Assembly (NCBI GenBank): GCA_051892935.1
Contig: JBJFGS010000025.1
Location: 85,346 to 149,345, forward strand
Length of the DNA: 64,000 nucleotides
Direction of reading: 5' to 3'
From: Candidatus Coprovivens sp.
GTDB lineage: Bacteria > Bacillota_I > Bacilli_A > RF39 > UBA660
A program made the position numbers and the translations under genes. The stretch's first letter is position 1. The number at the start of each line of letters is the position of its first letter. Shown here one piece after another: positions 1 to 9,102 of this stretch. A model generated the notes under the pieces. It was not told the origin of the DNA. It saw nothing but the letters and a program-made list of their open reading frames with translations, and did no database searches.

Positions 1-292
1 TAATCCAATTTTGTAACATTCCATAACTTAGTAAACTCATATCCAAAGCAACAGACCATACGGCCTCACCATTAATTAAAACTCTATCAATAGCTTCTTG
101 TTTTTCGAATCTTGTATGATTTTTATTTTTACCAGCTCTTAAAATATCTATTCCGTGTTTATCAATTAGTGCAATTAGATAATTTATTAGACATTTTCTA
201 ACTTTATACTTATTTGATAAACTGCATATGGACATTCCATTCTTTTTATCATTATACAAATTTATTTTATCTTCATAAGTTAATTTTGACAT
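1..292 (-). CDS. IS3-family transposase OrfA (partial, runs off the window)
   Basis: Hand translation from ATG 292: MSKLTYEDKINLYNDKKNGMSICSLSNKYKVRK...FEKQEAIDRVLINGEAVWSVALDMSLLSYGMLQNWI. This is the tandem-HTH pattern of IS150-group OrfA. Not in the ORF track. Confidence 0.8.
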   Translation of the reverse strand, partial: MSKLTYEDKINLYNDKKNGMSICSLSNKYKVRKCLINYLIALIDKHGIDILRAGKNKNHTRFEKQEAIDRVLINGEAVWSVALDMSLLSYGMLQNWI

Positions 293-338
293 ATAAAAAC
301 CTCGTTTCTATTTTGTCCAAGAAACGGGGTTCATATCA
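1..338 (-). mobile_element. Left end of an IS3-family (IS150/IS861-like) insertion sequence, truncated by the window edge
   Basis: Minus strand begins TGATATGAACCCCGTTTCTTGGACA (338-314), matching the TG..TG.ACCCC..TTGGACA pattern of IS150-group left inverted repeats. An inverted repeat (CCTCGTTTCT/AGAAACGGGG) overlaps the RBS, and an HTH-type OrfA follows directly. Confidence 0.8.
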
Positions 339-367
339 ATACTCAAATCTACTTTTTTATTTAATAA

Positions 368-1279
368 TTAAACTTTTTCTACTAATTTAATAGATTTATC
401 TACTAAGTAATTAATATTTTCATCTCTACATACTGTATCTTTTTTAGTATGAATTTTATCTATATATTCAAAATGCTTTCCTCTAATTACTGAACAAACA
501 CCTACACCATTAGTAAAATTAGCTTGATCAGATGGATAAATAGCTCCTTTAGTAATCATATCAGTAATAACATTATTATCACTAGTATAAACATCTTTTA
601 ACAAATCTACATTTTTAATAGCTTTTTTATTAAAAATAAACATAATTTTATCTCCATCAGAAACACAATCAAAATTAATTAGTAGCTTTTCTTTCATAAC
701 ATCCTTATGCTTAGAAGCAAAAGATGCAGAACCTATAAGTCCAGATTCTTCTAAATCAAACAAGATAAAAGCAACTTTATCTTTTAAATTATCAGGTATT
801 TTATTAATCATTTCTAGAATAGTTAATACACCAGATGTGTTATCATTAACAGTAGATTTATTTGCTGGACCAAACATTATTAAACAAACAAATAATATTA
901 TAATAAAATCATATATAAGTTCTAATAATAACTCATTAATTGGAAACAAAAATGAAATTCCAATAGTAATAAAAGCAGAAACAAATACAATTAAGAATAA
1001 TAATAAAATTTGATATAAAACATAAATAAAAATATTTGTAGGTGTAATAAAATTAGGAACAGGTAATACAGCACAAGTATCATAATGAGCCGTAAATAAA
1101 ACCTTAGCTTTACTAACATCACCAATAACTATATTTCTACTACCAAAATATCCTTTTTCAATTGATATGTCATATTTAGAATCTTTTAATTCCTCTTTAA
1201 CATAACTAATAAACTCATTTTTTTGTTTTTTATTTTTTCTAACCATATACTTATTTAAAATAGTATCTTTATACTTCAT
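368..1279 (-). CDS. M28-family membrane metallopeptidase
   Basis: Motifs TAHYDT, NDNTSGV, DLEESGLIGS, NFDCV and IHT; two TM helices. Start refined to ATG 1279 after a GGAGG RBS. Confidence 0.85.
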   Translation of the reverse strand: MKYKDTILNKYMVRKNKKQKNEFISYVKEELKDSKYDISIEKGYFGSRNIVIGDVSKAKVLFTAHYDTCAVLPVPNFITPTNIFIYVLYQILLLFLIVFVSAFITIGISFLFPINELLLELIYDFIIILFVCLIMFGPANKSTVNDNTSGVLTILEMINKIPDNLKDKVAFILFDLEESGLIGSASFASKHKDVMKEKLLINFDCVSDGDKIMFIFNKKAIKNVDLLKDVYTSDNNVITDMITKGAIYPSDQANFTNGVGVCSVIRGKHFEYIDKIHTKKDTVCRDENINYLVDKSIKLVEKV

Positions 1280-1314
1280 ATAAACTTCCTCCAAAAAAAG
1301 AGCAATCATTGCTC

Positions 1315-1485
1315 TTAATAATATATTAACATTCCAAAAATAGATATCAAAGAACCTAAAATCATAACAAGAGCCATAATCCAACCAACAATTTTCATTA
1401 CTAATTTTCTTTTTTGATTGGCAGTCATTTTTTTCTTTTTAGGTTTAATTTTTTCTTCGACTTCATCTTTAATTTTTTTTGCCAT
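1315..1485 (-). CDS. Small membrane protein (56 aa, DUF4044-like)
   Basis: GAGGTG RBS, then MAKKIKDEVEEKIKPKKKKMTANQKRKLVMKIVGWIMALVMILGSLISIFGMLIYY: basic N-terminus plus one TM helix. Below the ORF-track cutoff. Confidence 0.7.
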   Translation of the reverse strand: MAKKIKDEVEEKIKPKKKKMTANQKRKLVMKIVGWIMALVMILGSLISIFGMLIYY

Positions 1486-1560
1486 TTAAAATCACCTCTA
1501 ACTATATAAACTAAATATAATTTATCATATTTTTCACCTTAAGTAAATAAATTTAATCAG

Positions 1561-2136
1561 GTGAAAAATATGATAAGAATAATATCGAAGTATAAAAATA
1601 TCTATATATTTCTAATAACACTAGCTATAATCGGTGCAATAAGTGGTTATCTATATTATCAGATTCAACCAACTAAAACTAAAGAAGAAATAAAAACAAA
1701 CGTCAACATCAAAGAAAGCATAAATTCAAGAGTAAATAACTTATCTAAAAACTTAAAAAATAATATAAAAATATTCTTTTATTCACTATTAATAATACCT
1801 ATAATAATAAATATCTTTAATATATTTTATAAGCCTTTCGAAATAGGTTTTATTTTTAATTTATTATCAAAATATAATATTAAACTATCATTAATATATA
1901 CAAACATATACTTAAATATTCCTTTTATAATAAGTATCATCCTAACTAGAATAAGTATAACTTTCATATATAATATAATAAAATACATTATAATAAGAGA
2001 TAATAAATCAAAAGTATTAATAAAAAATACATTTAAAAAATACATTATAATAATAATTATTTCAATACTATACGATATATTAATTATCATCACTAGTCCT
2101 TATATAAACAGATATTTAATGACATTTATTAAATAA
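1561..2136 (+). CDS. Multi-pass membrane protein, SpoIIM-like (stage II sporulation protein M)
   Basis: About 190 aa with ~5 TM segments, an N-terminal TM followed by a soluble loop, and F..GF and Y..L.IP patterns; other sporulation genes occur in the window. Confidence 0.5.
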   Translation: MKNMIRIISKYKNIYIFLITLAIIGAISGYLYYQIQPTKTKEEIKTNVNIKESINSRVNNLSKNLKNNIKIFFYSLLIIPIIINIFNIFYKPFEIGFIFNLLSKYNIKLSLIYTNIYLNIPFIISIILTRISITFIYNIIKYIIIRDNKSKVLIKNTFKKYIIIIIISILYDILIIITSPYINRYLMTFIK

Positions 2137-2167
2137 TAATGTTATAATTAATAATAGAGGTGATGAT

Positions 2168-3835
2168 ATGGAAGCACTAGCTATCAGCGCAGCAAATTTA
2201 AATACCATAGAAGAAAACTTAGGAGCAGTTGCCAAAGAATTATCTGGAGTCATAAATAATGTTTCAACAGTAAATGATCAAGTAAATAAAGTAGAATCAA
2301 AAGTAGAAACACTTAATGACGAAGTAAAAAGCCTAGTTAAAGAAATAAGAGAAACTACTATAATAACAAACGCTCGTCAATCTATTATGTATAACAACTC
2401 AGAAATAGAAAAAAAATATGGATACTACGATAAAGTAAGAAGAACAACTGAATCCCTATTAGATGCTATTGAAAACTCATCAATAAGAAAAAATTCTCTT
2501 CAAGAACTAAATCAAGAAATTATTTTAAATAATCCAAATTACTGGTTATCTTCTGCTTTAGCTGCATTATCATCATGGTTATTAAACGATCGTACAAATA
2601 CCGAAAAAGAATTAAATAACGCATTAAAAAAAGATAATAAAAAAACAAGTCTTTTCTTCTGTTTGATAAATTTAAAATTACAAAGAACTCAAACATCTTT
2701 AAATTGGTTAAATAAATATCTATCTCTTCAAAATCCAACTAAATTAGATAAAGATTTTATAACTATCCTTGATTTAATTGCAACAGGTACTTTTGGTGAT
2801 GAAGCCAAAAATACAGTATTAAAAAAAATAAATTTCTGGTTTAATAGTCTTAACTCTGAAAAAGAAATACAAAACGAACAAAAAAGCATATGGAGCAATT
2901 TTTTAAAAACAAAACAAGATACCGATATAAGAATGCCAAATTTAGAAAACTATTCCCCAGATGTATTCAAACTAAAAAACAACTTAGCAATAACATCAAC
3001 TTATATAAATGTCCTTAATCATTTAGAAAACATTATAAAAAGCGACACATCAAATAAAGGAATAAACGAAATAATAAATAATTTAATATACGAATACGAA
3101 TCAAATGAACAAATATATCAAAAAGACAATTTAAAAAATAATCTTATTATAGAATGTAATGGTAATAGAGAAGAAGCCGAAAAACTATTTAAAAAACAAG
3201 AAAGTATTTATAACAATGAAACCAATCTTCTAACCCTTTTAAGCAACATTATAATATATAAAAATTCATACAGTATTAGTAATGAAACACAAAAAATAGC
3301 TTTATCACTAATGAAAGAATACATCCAAAACGCTATTGAAGAAATGAATGAAGAAATAAGTAAAGATAACATCAATATATCAATAGACAAATTTAAAACA
3401 ACAACCAAAGATGGAAGTAATTTAAAAGAAGCAAAACAAGACTTAGAAGCTTATCTAAGTACGATATTTAATGAAGAAGATAAAGATTTAATAATTACTC
3501 TTTTAATAATAAATATTCTAGGAATAATAGGAATATTCATAACTTTAAACAGCAAAATTCTTTGTACATTATTAATAATAATAATTCTATTAGGAAATTT
3601 CATTTTACTATTTAAATTAAATCAAAGAAATAGGCTAAGAACAAGAGAAAAAAATAAATTGAGAATCAATATAGGAAATATCCTTGAAAGAGTCTTAGCA
3701 GAAACAACAGATTACAACAACTTAATGTTAGAAGACAACGAACATTATATAGAATTAAAAACATATCTAAACAATCTAGAAGCTGAAAACTACACAAAAA
3801 GTAACGACGAAAGAAATATTAATATAGGAGAATAA
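2168..3835 (+). CDS. Coiled-coil/helical protein with two C-terminal TM helices; first gene of an AAA-ATPase module
   Basis: N-terminal heptad repeats, a block NYWLSSALAALSSW...KTSLFFCL...WLNKYL..Q.P..LD, and a TM hairpin near aa 440-483. Confidence 0.75.
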   Translation: MEALAISAANLNTIEENLGAVAKELSGVINNVSTVNDQVNKVESKVETLNDEVKSLVKEIRETTIITNARQSIMYNNSEIEKKYGYYDKVRRTTESLLDAIENSSIRKNSLQELNQEIILNNPNYWLSSALAALSSWLLNDRTNTEKELNNALKKDNKKTSLFFCLINLKLQRTQTSLNWLNKYLSLQNPTKLDKDFITILDLIATGTFGDEAKNTVLKKINFWFNSLNSEKEIQNEQKSIWSNFLKTKQDTDIRMPNLENYSPDVFKLKNNLAITSTYINVLNHLENIIKSDTSNKGINEIINNLIYEYESNEQIYQKDNLKNNLIIECNGNREEAEKLFKKQESIYNNETNLLTLLSNIIIYKNSYSISNETQKIALSLMKEYIQNAIEEMNEEISKDNINISIDKFKTTTKDGSNLKEAKQDLEAYLSTIFNEEDKDLIITLLIINILGIIGIFITLNSKILCTLLIIIILLGNFILLFKLNQRNRLRTREKNKLRINIGNILERVLAETTDYNNLMLEDNEHYIELKTYLNNLEAENYTKSNDERNINIGE

Positions 3836-3837
3836 CT

Positions 3838-4014
3838 ATGAACGAAGAACAATTTAAAAAACTAGATATAGGCAATGAAATAAAAATAAAACCAGCTATT
3901 ATTAATCTTCCAGAAAAAAAAGATAAAGATAATAAAAATGATGAAAAAATAATAGTCGAACTTCCAACATGGAACATAGAACCACCTATAGAAATAAAAA
4001 GAGGCGAACAATGA
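3838..4014 (+). CDS. 58-aa micro-protein with C-terminal LPTWNIEPP motif
   Basis: AGGAG RBS, ATG 3838: MNEEQFKKLDIGNEIKIKPAIINLPEKKDKDNKNDEKIIVELPTWNIEPPIEIKRGEQ. Its TGA overlaps the next ATG (ATGA, 4011-4014). Missed by the ORF track. Confidence 0.75.
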   Translation: MNEEQFKKLDIGNEIKIKPAIINLPEKKDKDNKNDEKIIVELPTWNIEPPIEIKRGEQ

Positions 4015-4445
4015 CATACGAAGAATGGTTAAATACAATTGAAGAATTAAAACACCCAAACCTAAGCATAGATAATCTAAATAAAATAAAAAACACCTCC
4101 TTAAATGAAAATATTAATCCTTTATTAATTCCTAAAATAGAAAATTTAGTTAAAGAAAGATTAAACAACAGCATAAATAAAATAATTTTAAATCTTAGTG
4201 AAATATTTAGCGATATAAACTACTTAGATCTAACACTACTAAATTTTAAAAAAGAAATAAACTATATATTAGAGATAATCTCTATAAAACAATTACCAGA
4301 AGAAAAACAAAAAGAATTAAAAGACATGATAAAAGCCGAAAGTAATAATGTAATAGAAATTCTAAATAAAGAAGCACAAAAGCTTGATTACACAGGTTCC
4401 TTATCATCAATAATAAATAACTATAGAATAAAATGGAGTGAATAA
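4011..4445 (+). CDS. Hypothetical all-helical protein (144 aa)
   Basis: Start refined to ATG 4011 (MTYEEWLNTIEEL), coupled to the upstream stop; overlaps the AAA gene start. Confidence 0.7.
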   Translation: MTYEEWLNTIEELKHPNLSIDNLNKIKNTSLNENINPLLIPKIENLVKERLNNSINKIILNLSEIFSDINYLDLTLLNFKKEINYILEIISIKQLPEEKQKELKDMIKAESNNVIEILNKEAQKLDYTGSLSSIINNYRIKWSE

Positions 4446-5943
4446 AATGAATTACAATGAAGCAAAAGAATACTTAAAAAGATATTTAAAAGCAAGAATA
4501 CCAGTTATTATAATTAATACAGCAGAAAAAAATCGTTCATTAAGATTAATTAAAGAAATTGCCAATGAAGCAAATATGAATTTTAATTTATATCAAATGT
4601 CTCAAGGAATATCTGATTTAAAAACAAATACAATAAAAAGCGAAGATAAAACAATAATGAGTGCCATTGATTACATTGTAAACGAAATAAGACACCAAGA
4701 AAATAGTAATTTTATCATAAGTGATATATCAGATATATACGAATCAACCACCATTTCAAGGTACCTTGTAGATGTAATAGAAAAAGCAGAAACCATGTCT
4801 GGAGTAATAGTTTTAGTTACAAACGAACCAATTTGGTCAAATATTCAAAGATTAGGAATAACAATCAAACTAAACTACCCTACAGAATCAGAATTAAAAG
4901 AAACAATAATGAACACTATTTCTCCTTATAAAAACCAAATTGAAATAGAATGGGATGAAATAGACTATGTAAATGCTGCAACATATCTTCAAGGATTAAG
5001 TGAAATGGAAGTAAAAAATATTATCTCATCATTAATTGTAAAAGGTTCAATAAAAAAAGAAGATTTAAAAGAACTAAAATATGCAAAACAAACTTTATTT
5101 AATGAAATAGCAGGGTTAGAAGCTATTGAAGTAGATGATGACTTTCAAATAGCTGGACTAGATAATTTAAAAGAATGGTTATATGAAAAGAAAACTTTAA
5201 TGGATCCAGCAAAAAAAGAAGAGCTATCAAAAAGAGGAATTGCTGCTCCTCGAGGAATTCTACTAACTGGAGTACCAGGTTGCGGAAAAAGTCTTTGTTC
5301 AAAAGCAACAGCAAGTATCTTTAATATTCCCTTATATAGACTTGATTTAGCAACTGTTCAAGGTCAATACGTTGGTCAATCAGAAAAACAACTCAAAGAA
5401 GCTCTAGATACAGCAGAATACGTTTCCCCTTGTGTTCTTTGGATTGATGAAATAGAAAAAGGATTAAACGATTCAAATTCTAGTGTTACATCAAAAATGA
5501 TTGGCCAATTCCTATTTTGGTTACAAGAATGTGAAAAGCCCGTATTCGTAATAGCATCAGCTAATAGCGTTGAATCACTACCACCAGAACTAATAAGAAA
5601 AGGACGTTTTGATGAAATATTCTTCGTTGATTTACCAAACGCATCCGAAAGAAAACAACTACTAAAATTATATTCAAATAAATATTTAAAAGTAGAAATA
5701 AGTGAAGAACTAAAAAACAAACTAGTCTCAATAACCGAAGGATTCGCAAGCGCTGATATTGAGGCAACAATTCGTAATATAGCATATAAATTAATTGCCA
5801 ATAAAGATATCGAATTAACAGAAAGACTTATAATAGAAGAATTATCAAAAGTAGTATCACTATCCAAAACAAATCCAGAAAAAATAGAAAAAATACGAAA
5901 ATGGGGACAAGAAAGAGCAACCAAAGCATCAAAAGATATATAG
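4438..5943 (+). CDS. AAA+ ATPase, Ycf46-like architecture (degenerate N-terminal AAA domain plus active C-terminal AAA domain)
   Basis: Walker A GVPGCGKS, pore loop GQYVGQSE, Walker B VLWIDEIEK, SRH ASAN..LPPELIRKGRFDE, C-terminal IRKWG.ERA..AS. Confidence 0.9.
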   Translation: MNKMNYNEAKEYLKRYLKARIPVIIINTAEKNRSLRLIKEIANEANMNFNLYQMSQGISDLKTNTIKSEDKTIMSAIDYIVNEIRHQENSNFIISDISDIYESTTISRYLVDVIEKAETMSGVIVLVTNEPIWSNIQRLGITIKLNYPTESELKETIMNTISPYKNQIEIEWDEIDYVNAATYLQGLSEMEVKNIISSLIVKGSIKKEDLKELKYAKQTLFNEIAGLEAIEVDDDFQIAGLDNLKEWLYEKKTLMDPAKKEELSKRGIAAPRGILLTGVPGCGKSLCSKATASIFNIPLYRLDLATVQGQYVGQSEKQLKEALDTAEYVSPCVLWIDEIEKGLNDSNSSVTSKMIGQFLFWLQECEKPVFVIASANSVESLPPELIRKGRFDEIFFVDLPNASERKQLLKLYSNKYLKVEISEELKNKLVSITEGFASADIEATIRNIAYKLIANKDIELTERLIIEELSKVVSLSKTNPEKIEKIRKWGQERATKASKDI

Positions 5944-5951
5944 GTGATAAA

Positions 5952-6779
5952 ATGAAAGAAAAAAAAGACATCAAATATCTTGTCAAAAGTAACAATTACA
6001 TAGGACTATTATTCTTCGCGCTAGTACTAGCATCACTATTATATATATTAAAAAAAGAAGAAACAACATTTCAAAACATCGAACCAACTATGAATGAAAT
6101 AACAAACTTACAAGAACAACCTAAAGAAATAACAGAGCCAACAAAAGAAATATCAGATCTCCAAAACTATCTAAATACCGGAGATCCAAACACATTTAAT
6201 ATATATCAATCACATTATATATTAAATGAAAAAATAACAAAAGATAACCTTAATAACGAAACTCTTCTATATATGGCATATAAATATATAGAAAAAACAA
6301 CCGACTTCACAAACTATATAAACTACCTGGGTTGTGATGAAGCTCAAATCATAGGACTAGATAATCAAATAACACAATGTGGTGGAACCAAAATAAATGC
6401 TACTACTTATACGATGAACAGATATATTACAAAAGAATTATTAAATAAAACAATCAAAAAAATATTTAACATAAATCTAACTCAATATACAAACTTTTAT
6501 ACAAGTGAAGATAATCTATGTTACTATTTAAAAGACGAATTTTTATGTGTTTCCCATCAAACAAATAAAATAACAAATTATGGCGAAAAAGAATTTCAAA
6601 AAGCATACAAATATAATAATAAAATAGAAATTATAGAAAAATATCATTTCATAAATAATGGAATATATTACAAAGGTTTTAATAGCCAAGAAATAGGTGA
6701 AGGATATTATAAAAGTACCTTCAATAAAATAAATGGTTCATATTACTGGGAAAGCACAGAGTATTACGAAATAAACTAG
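5952..6779 (+). CDS. Membrane-anchored extracellular protein
   Basis: AGGTGA RBS, ATG 5952; N-terminal TM helix; four Cys; resembles 32861..33637. Confidence 0.7.
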   Translation: MKEKKDIKYLVKSNNYIGLLFFALVLASLLYILKKEETTFQNIEPTMNEITNLQEQPKEITEPTKEISDLQNYLNTGDPNTFNIYQSHYILNEKITKDNLNNETLLYMAYKYIEKTTDFTNYINYLGCDEAQIIGLDNQITQCGGTKINATTYTMNRYITKELLNKTIKKIFNINLTQYTNFYTSEDNLCYYLKDEFLCVSHQTNKITNYGEKEFQKAYKYNNKIEIIEKYHFINNGIYYKGFNSQEIGEGYYKSTFNKINGSYYWESTEYYEIN

Positions 6780-6810
6780 TTATTTTAACTAGTTTTTTCT
6801 TGATATTTCC

Positions 6811-6839
6811 TTGACATATCAAGTGTCTAGCAATATAAT
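6811..6839 (+). promoter_or_regulatory. Consensus sigma-A promoter of the HTH gene
   Basis: TTGACA (6811-6816), 17 nt, TATAAT (6834-6839). The -35 sits within an inverted repeat CTTGATAT/ATATCAAG, a possible operator. Confidence 0.7.
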
Positions 6840-6875
6840 TAAGATGTAAAATATAAAAGAAAGGAATTGGTAAAA

Positions 6876-7643
6876 ATGCGTAAATTAAATGAATTATTTC
6901 AAGAATTAGGAATATCTAAAGTAAGATTAGCAAAATATTTAGGAGTTTCAAGACAAATGGTCTATAACTATCTAGAACTAAATGATATAAATAAATGGCC
7001 AAAAGAAAAAAAATTATTACTATTTAAATTATTAGATATAAATGATAGTAACGCAATAGAAGATATTCAAGTAACAACAGACTACTTAATGAATGTTGAA
7101 AGTAGATTAAATCAAGGAGTAAAAAGTACGGCTGAAATGGATAATGGTTTAAACTTCAAAGGTTTAAATAAAGAATCACAAGTACTCCTAAGCGATATAA
7201 CTTATCTTCTAAAAGAAAAATTAAGTGATGAGACAAAAGAAGAAAACTACTATGCTATTTTATATCTATATCATCTACTACAATCTTTAGATAATGTTCC
7301 AGAAATTAAATATATATTTGGTTATATGAGTAAAACAACAGGATTTACCAATCCAGAAGAATATAAATTTCAAGAAGATAAACAATTTATTTTTGAAGGT
7401 ATCCTATACTCAGCTTTAACATTATACAACAACGGAGGAGCATCTCGTTCTAAGTTAGCCGAATCACATAAACGTTTTGTACAAGAAATAGAACAAAAAA
7501 ATGAAGAAAAACTTTCTCGTACACAACAACTAAATACAATAAAAATTCAAGCACTTAAAGAACTAGGATTCACAGAAATAAACGAAAGCAATGCTGCCGA
7601 AGTATTTGAAAAAATAGCAGAAATTCAATCAAGAAAGGTTTAG
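6876..7643 (+). CDS. XRE-type HTH DNA-binding protein with long helical C-terminus
   Basis: LGISKVRLAKYLGVSRQMVYNY HTH; upstream TTGACA-N17-TATAAT promoter. Confidence 0.75.
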   Translation: MRKLNELFQELGISKVRLAKYLGVSRQMVYNYLELNDINKWPKEKKLLLFKLLDINDSNAIEDIQVTTDYLMNVESRLNQGVKSTAEMDNGLNFKGLNKESQVLLSDITYLLKEKLSDETKEENYYAILYLYHLLQSLDNVPEIKYIFGYMSKTTGFTNPEEYKFQEDKQFIFEGILYSALTLYNNGGASRSKLAESHKRFVQEIEQKNEEKLSRTQQLNTIKIQALKELGFTEINESNAAEVFEKIAEIQSRKV

Positions 7644-7676
7644 CAATAAACCTTTTTTATAATAAAAGGAGTATAT

Positions 7677-8258
7677 ATGAAAAAGAAAATAATAATATTA
7701 TCTAGCTTACTATTATTAATTAGTGGATGTAAAGAAAAAGAAATAGAATGTGAAGAGCAAAAAGAAGAAACACTAATAAAATATAATAATACAAAAATAA
7801 CCGAAAAAGATGCTCTAGAAGAAACAAAAGAATATATCTTTCCAGTTATATTTGAAAAAGTAATAGGAGATATTTTAACAGAAGAAATGAAGGATAAACT
7901 CGAAGATGGAAATAACTACGCAGAAGAAACAATAGAAGAACTAAAAACTTACTATGAAGATGAACTTGAAAAAGCAATAATATCCTATACATCATATAAA
8001 ACAATAGAAGAATATAAAAGATCAATTTTAATAAGTTATTTACAAGAAGAATATTTTAAAGAATATATTAGCAATAAAGAAAAAATAGATTACAACGAAA
8101 TTACCGATGATAATTTAACTAATTATTATAAAAAATATTATGTTGAGAGTATAAACGACTTATTAAAAAAATATAATGTAACATTCGAAAATAAAGATTA
8201 TAAAAAGATGTATGAAAAATATATAGAAGAAAAAGAAACTTACTATAATAATAACTAA
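7677..8258 (+). CDS. Lipoprotein, PrsA/SurA N-domain-like but lacking the parvulin domain
   Basis: Lipobox LLISGC; acidic helical body ending ..LLKKYNVTFENKDYK, like PrsA C-termini; no PPIase motif. Confidence 0.55.
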   Translation: MKKKIIILSSLLLLISGCKEKEIECEEQKEETLIKYNNTKITEKDALEETKEYIFPVIFEKVIGDILTEEMKDKLEDGNNYAEETIEELKTYYEDELEKAIISYTSYKTIEEYKRSILISYLQEEYFKEYISNKEKIDYNEITDDNLTNYYKKYYVESINDLLKKYNVTFENKDYKKMYEKYIEEKETYYNNN

Positions 8259-8278
8259 AGCACATTTTGTGCTTTTTT
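8257..8278 (+). terminator. Intrinsic terminator after the lipoprotein gene
   Basis: AAAGCAC-ATTTT-GTGCTTT followed by a T-tract. Confidence 0.7.
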
Positions 8279-8571
8279 AATAATTTAAAGTGTCCTATTA
8301 GCATAATAAGAATAGAGAAGGGGAAGATAAAGAAATTAAAGAAAACATTCTTAAAAATAGCTAAAAACGCCCAAAAATATATAACATAAATAAAATTAAT
8401 AAGTATGAAAAAATAATAATTAAAAAATAAAAAGATCAAACTCATAAACATAACATTTGTTCGCTAGCAAAAATTAAAAAACTCCCCCTATTCAAAAATG
8501 CAAAAATTAATAGGGGACTCGAATTAAAAAAATACAAATAAAACATTCAAAAAAAAGATACAATTATTCAA

Positions 8572-8876
8572 TGAGATAATGAAACTAATCATATAATTAA
8601 ATCTCGAATCCTAATTTGAAATAACCACAGTCCATAGATTGATAATTTATCAATTATTTAAATGTCGATTCCAATTTCATAATACAGATTACGAAATATT
8701 AATTCCACGAGATGATAAATTGTTCATCTTTTAAAATCTCGATGCCGATTTAAAACAATAAATAAGAAACGAGACGATGAAGTATTCATCAAAAGAAATC
8801 TCGATTCCTAATTTAAAAGTTTAAATAGAAATCAAGCTAAAGAACTAATAAGCTAACAGAAATTCGTTTCCAATAA
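8572..8876. repeat. Array of five degenerate ~62-74 bp units: CGAGAT-N22/23-ATCTCG followed by ATTCC(T)AATTT
   Basis: Units start at 8572, 8634, 8708, 8770 and 8833; right half-sites ATCTCG/ATGTCG/ATCTCG/ATCTCG/AATTCG at 8601, 8662, 8736, 8798 and 8861. Confidence 0.75.
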
Positions 8877-9074
8877 ATGCCAAACCAAAAACGAACAAAT
8901 GTATAACATATAAGAAAATAATAATTTTAAATTTTTTCTTAAATTAAAGATTAATTAAATAATAATTATATAATATATATTAATAAAATAAAACTAAAGA
9001 AAAATAACATAATAAAGAAATAAATTAACAAAATAATTTTCTATATATAAATGAATTTTTAAATTAAATATTTA

Positions 9075-9102
9075 ACTTCGTATAATATATATTATGTTAA
9101 CC
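9075..9102 (+). other. dif: dif site (XerC/XerD chromosome dimer resolution)
   Basis: ACTTCGTATAA-TATATA-TTATGTTAACC: 11-6-11 architecture close to B. subtilis dif (ACTTCCTAGAA TATATA TTATGTAAACT) and the E. coli XerD arm (TTATGTTAAAT). Intergenic, with xerD 1.7 kb away. Confidence 0.88.

Noticed and set aside
1280-1384. N-terminal extension of the M28 peptidase
   Set aside because: It overlaps a separate 56-aa gene; a GGAGG RBS precedes ATG 1279.
5376-5924. 182-aa antisense ORF, and the other short antisense/overlapping ORFs in the track (e.g. 8119-8451, 12565-12870, 14106-14408, 33516-33794)
   Set aside because: They lie mostly opposite or inside well-supported genes, show no recognisable motifs, and have compositions typical of shadow frames.
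8572-8876. CRISPR array or type III toxin-antitoxin RNA array
   Set aside because: The repeats are bipartite and too degenerate for a CRISPR array, and no cas or ToxN/AbiQ-like gene lies nearby. Kept as an unexplained array.
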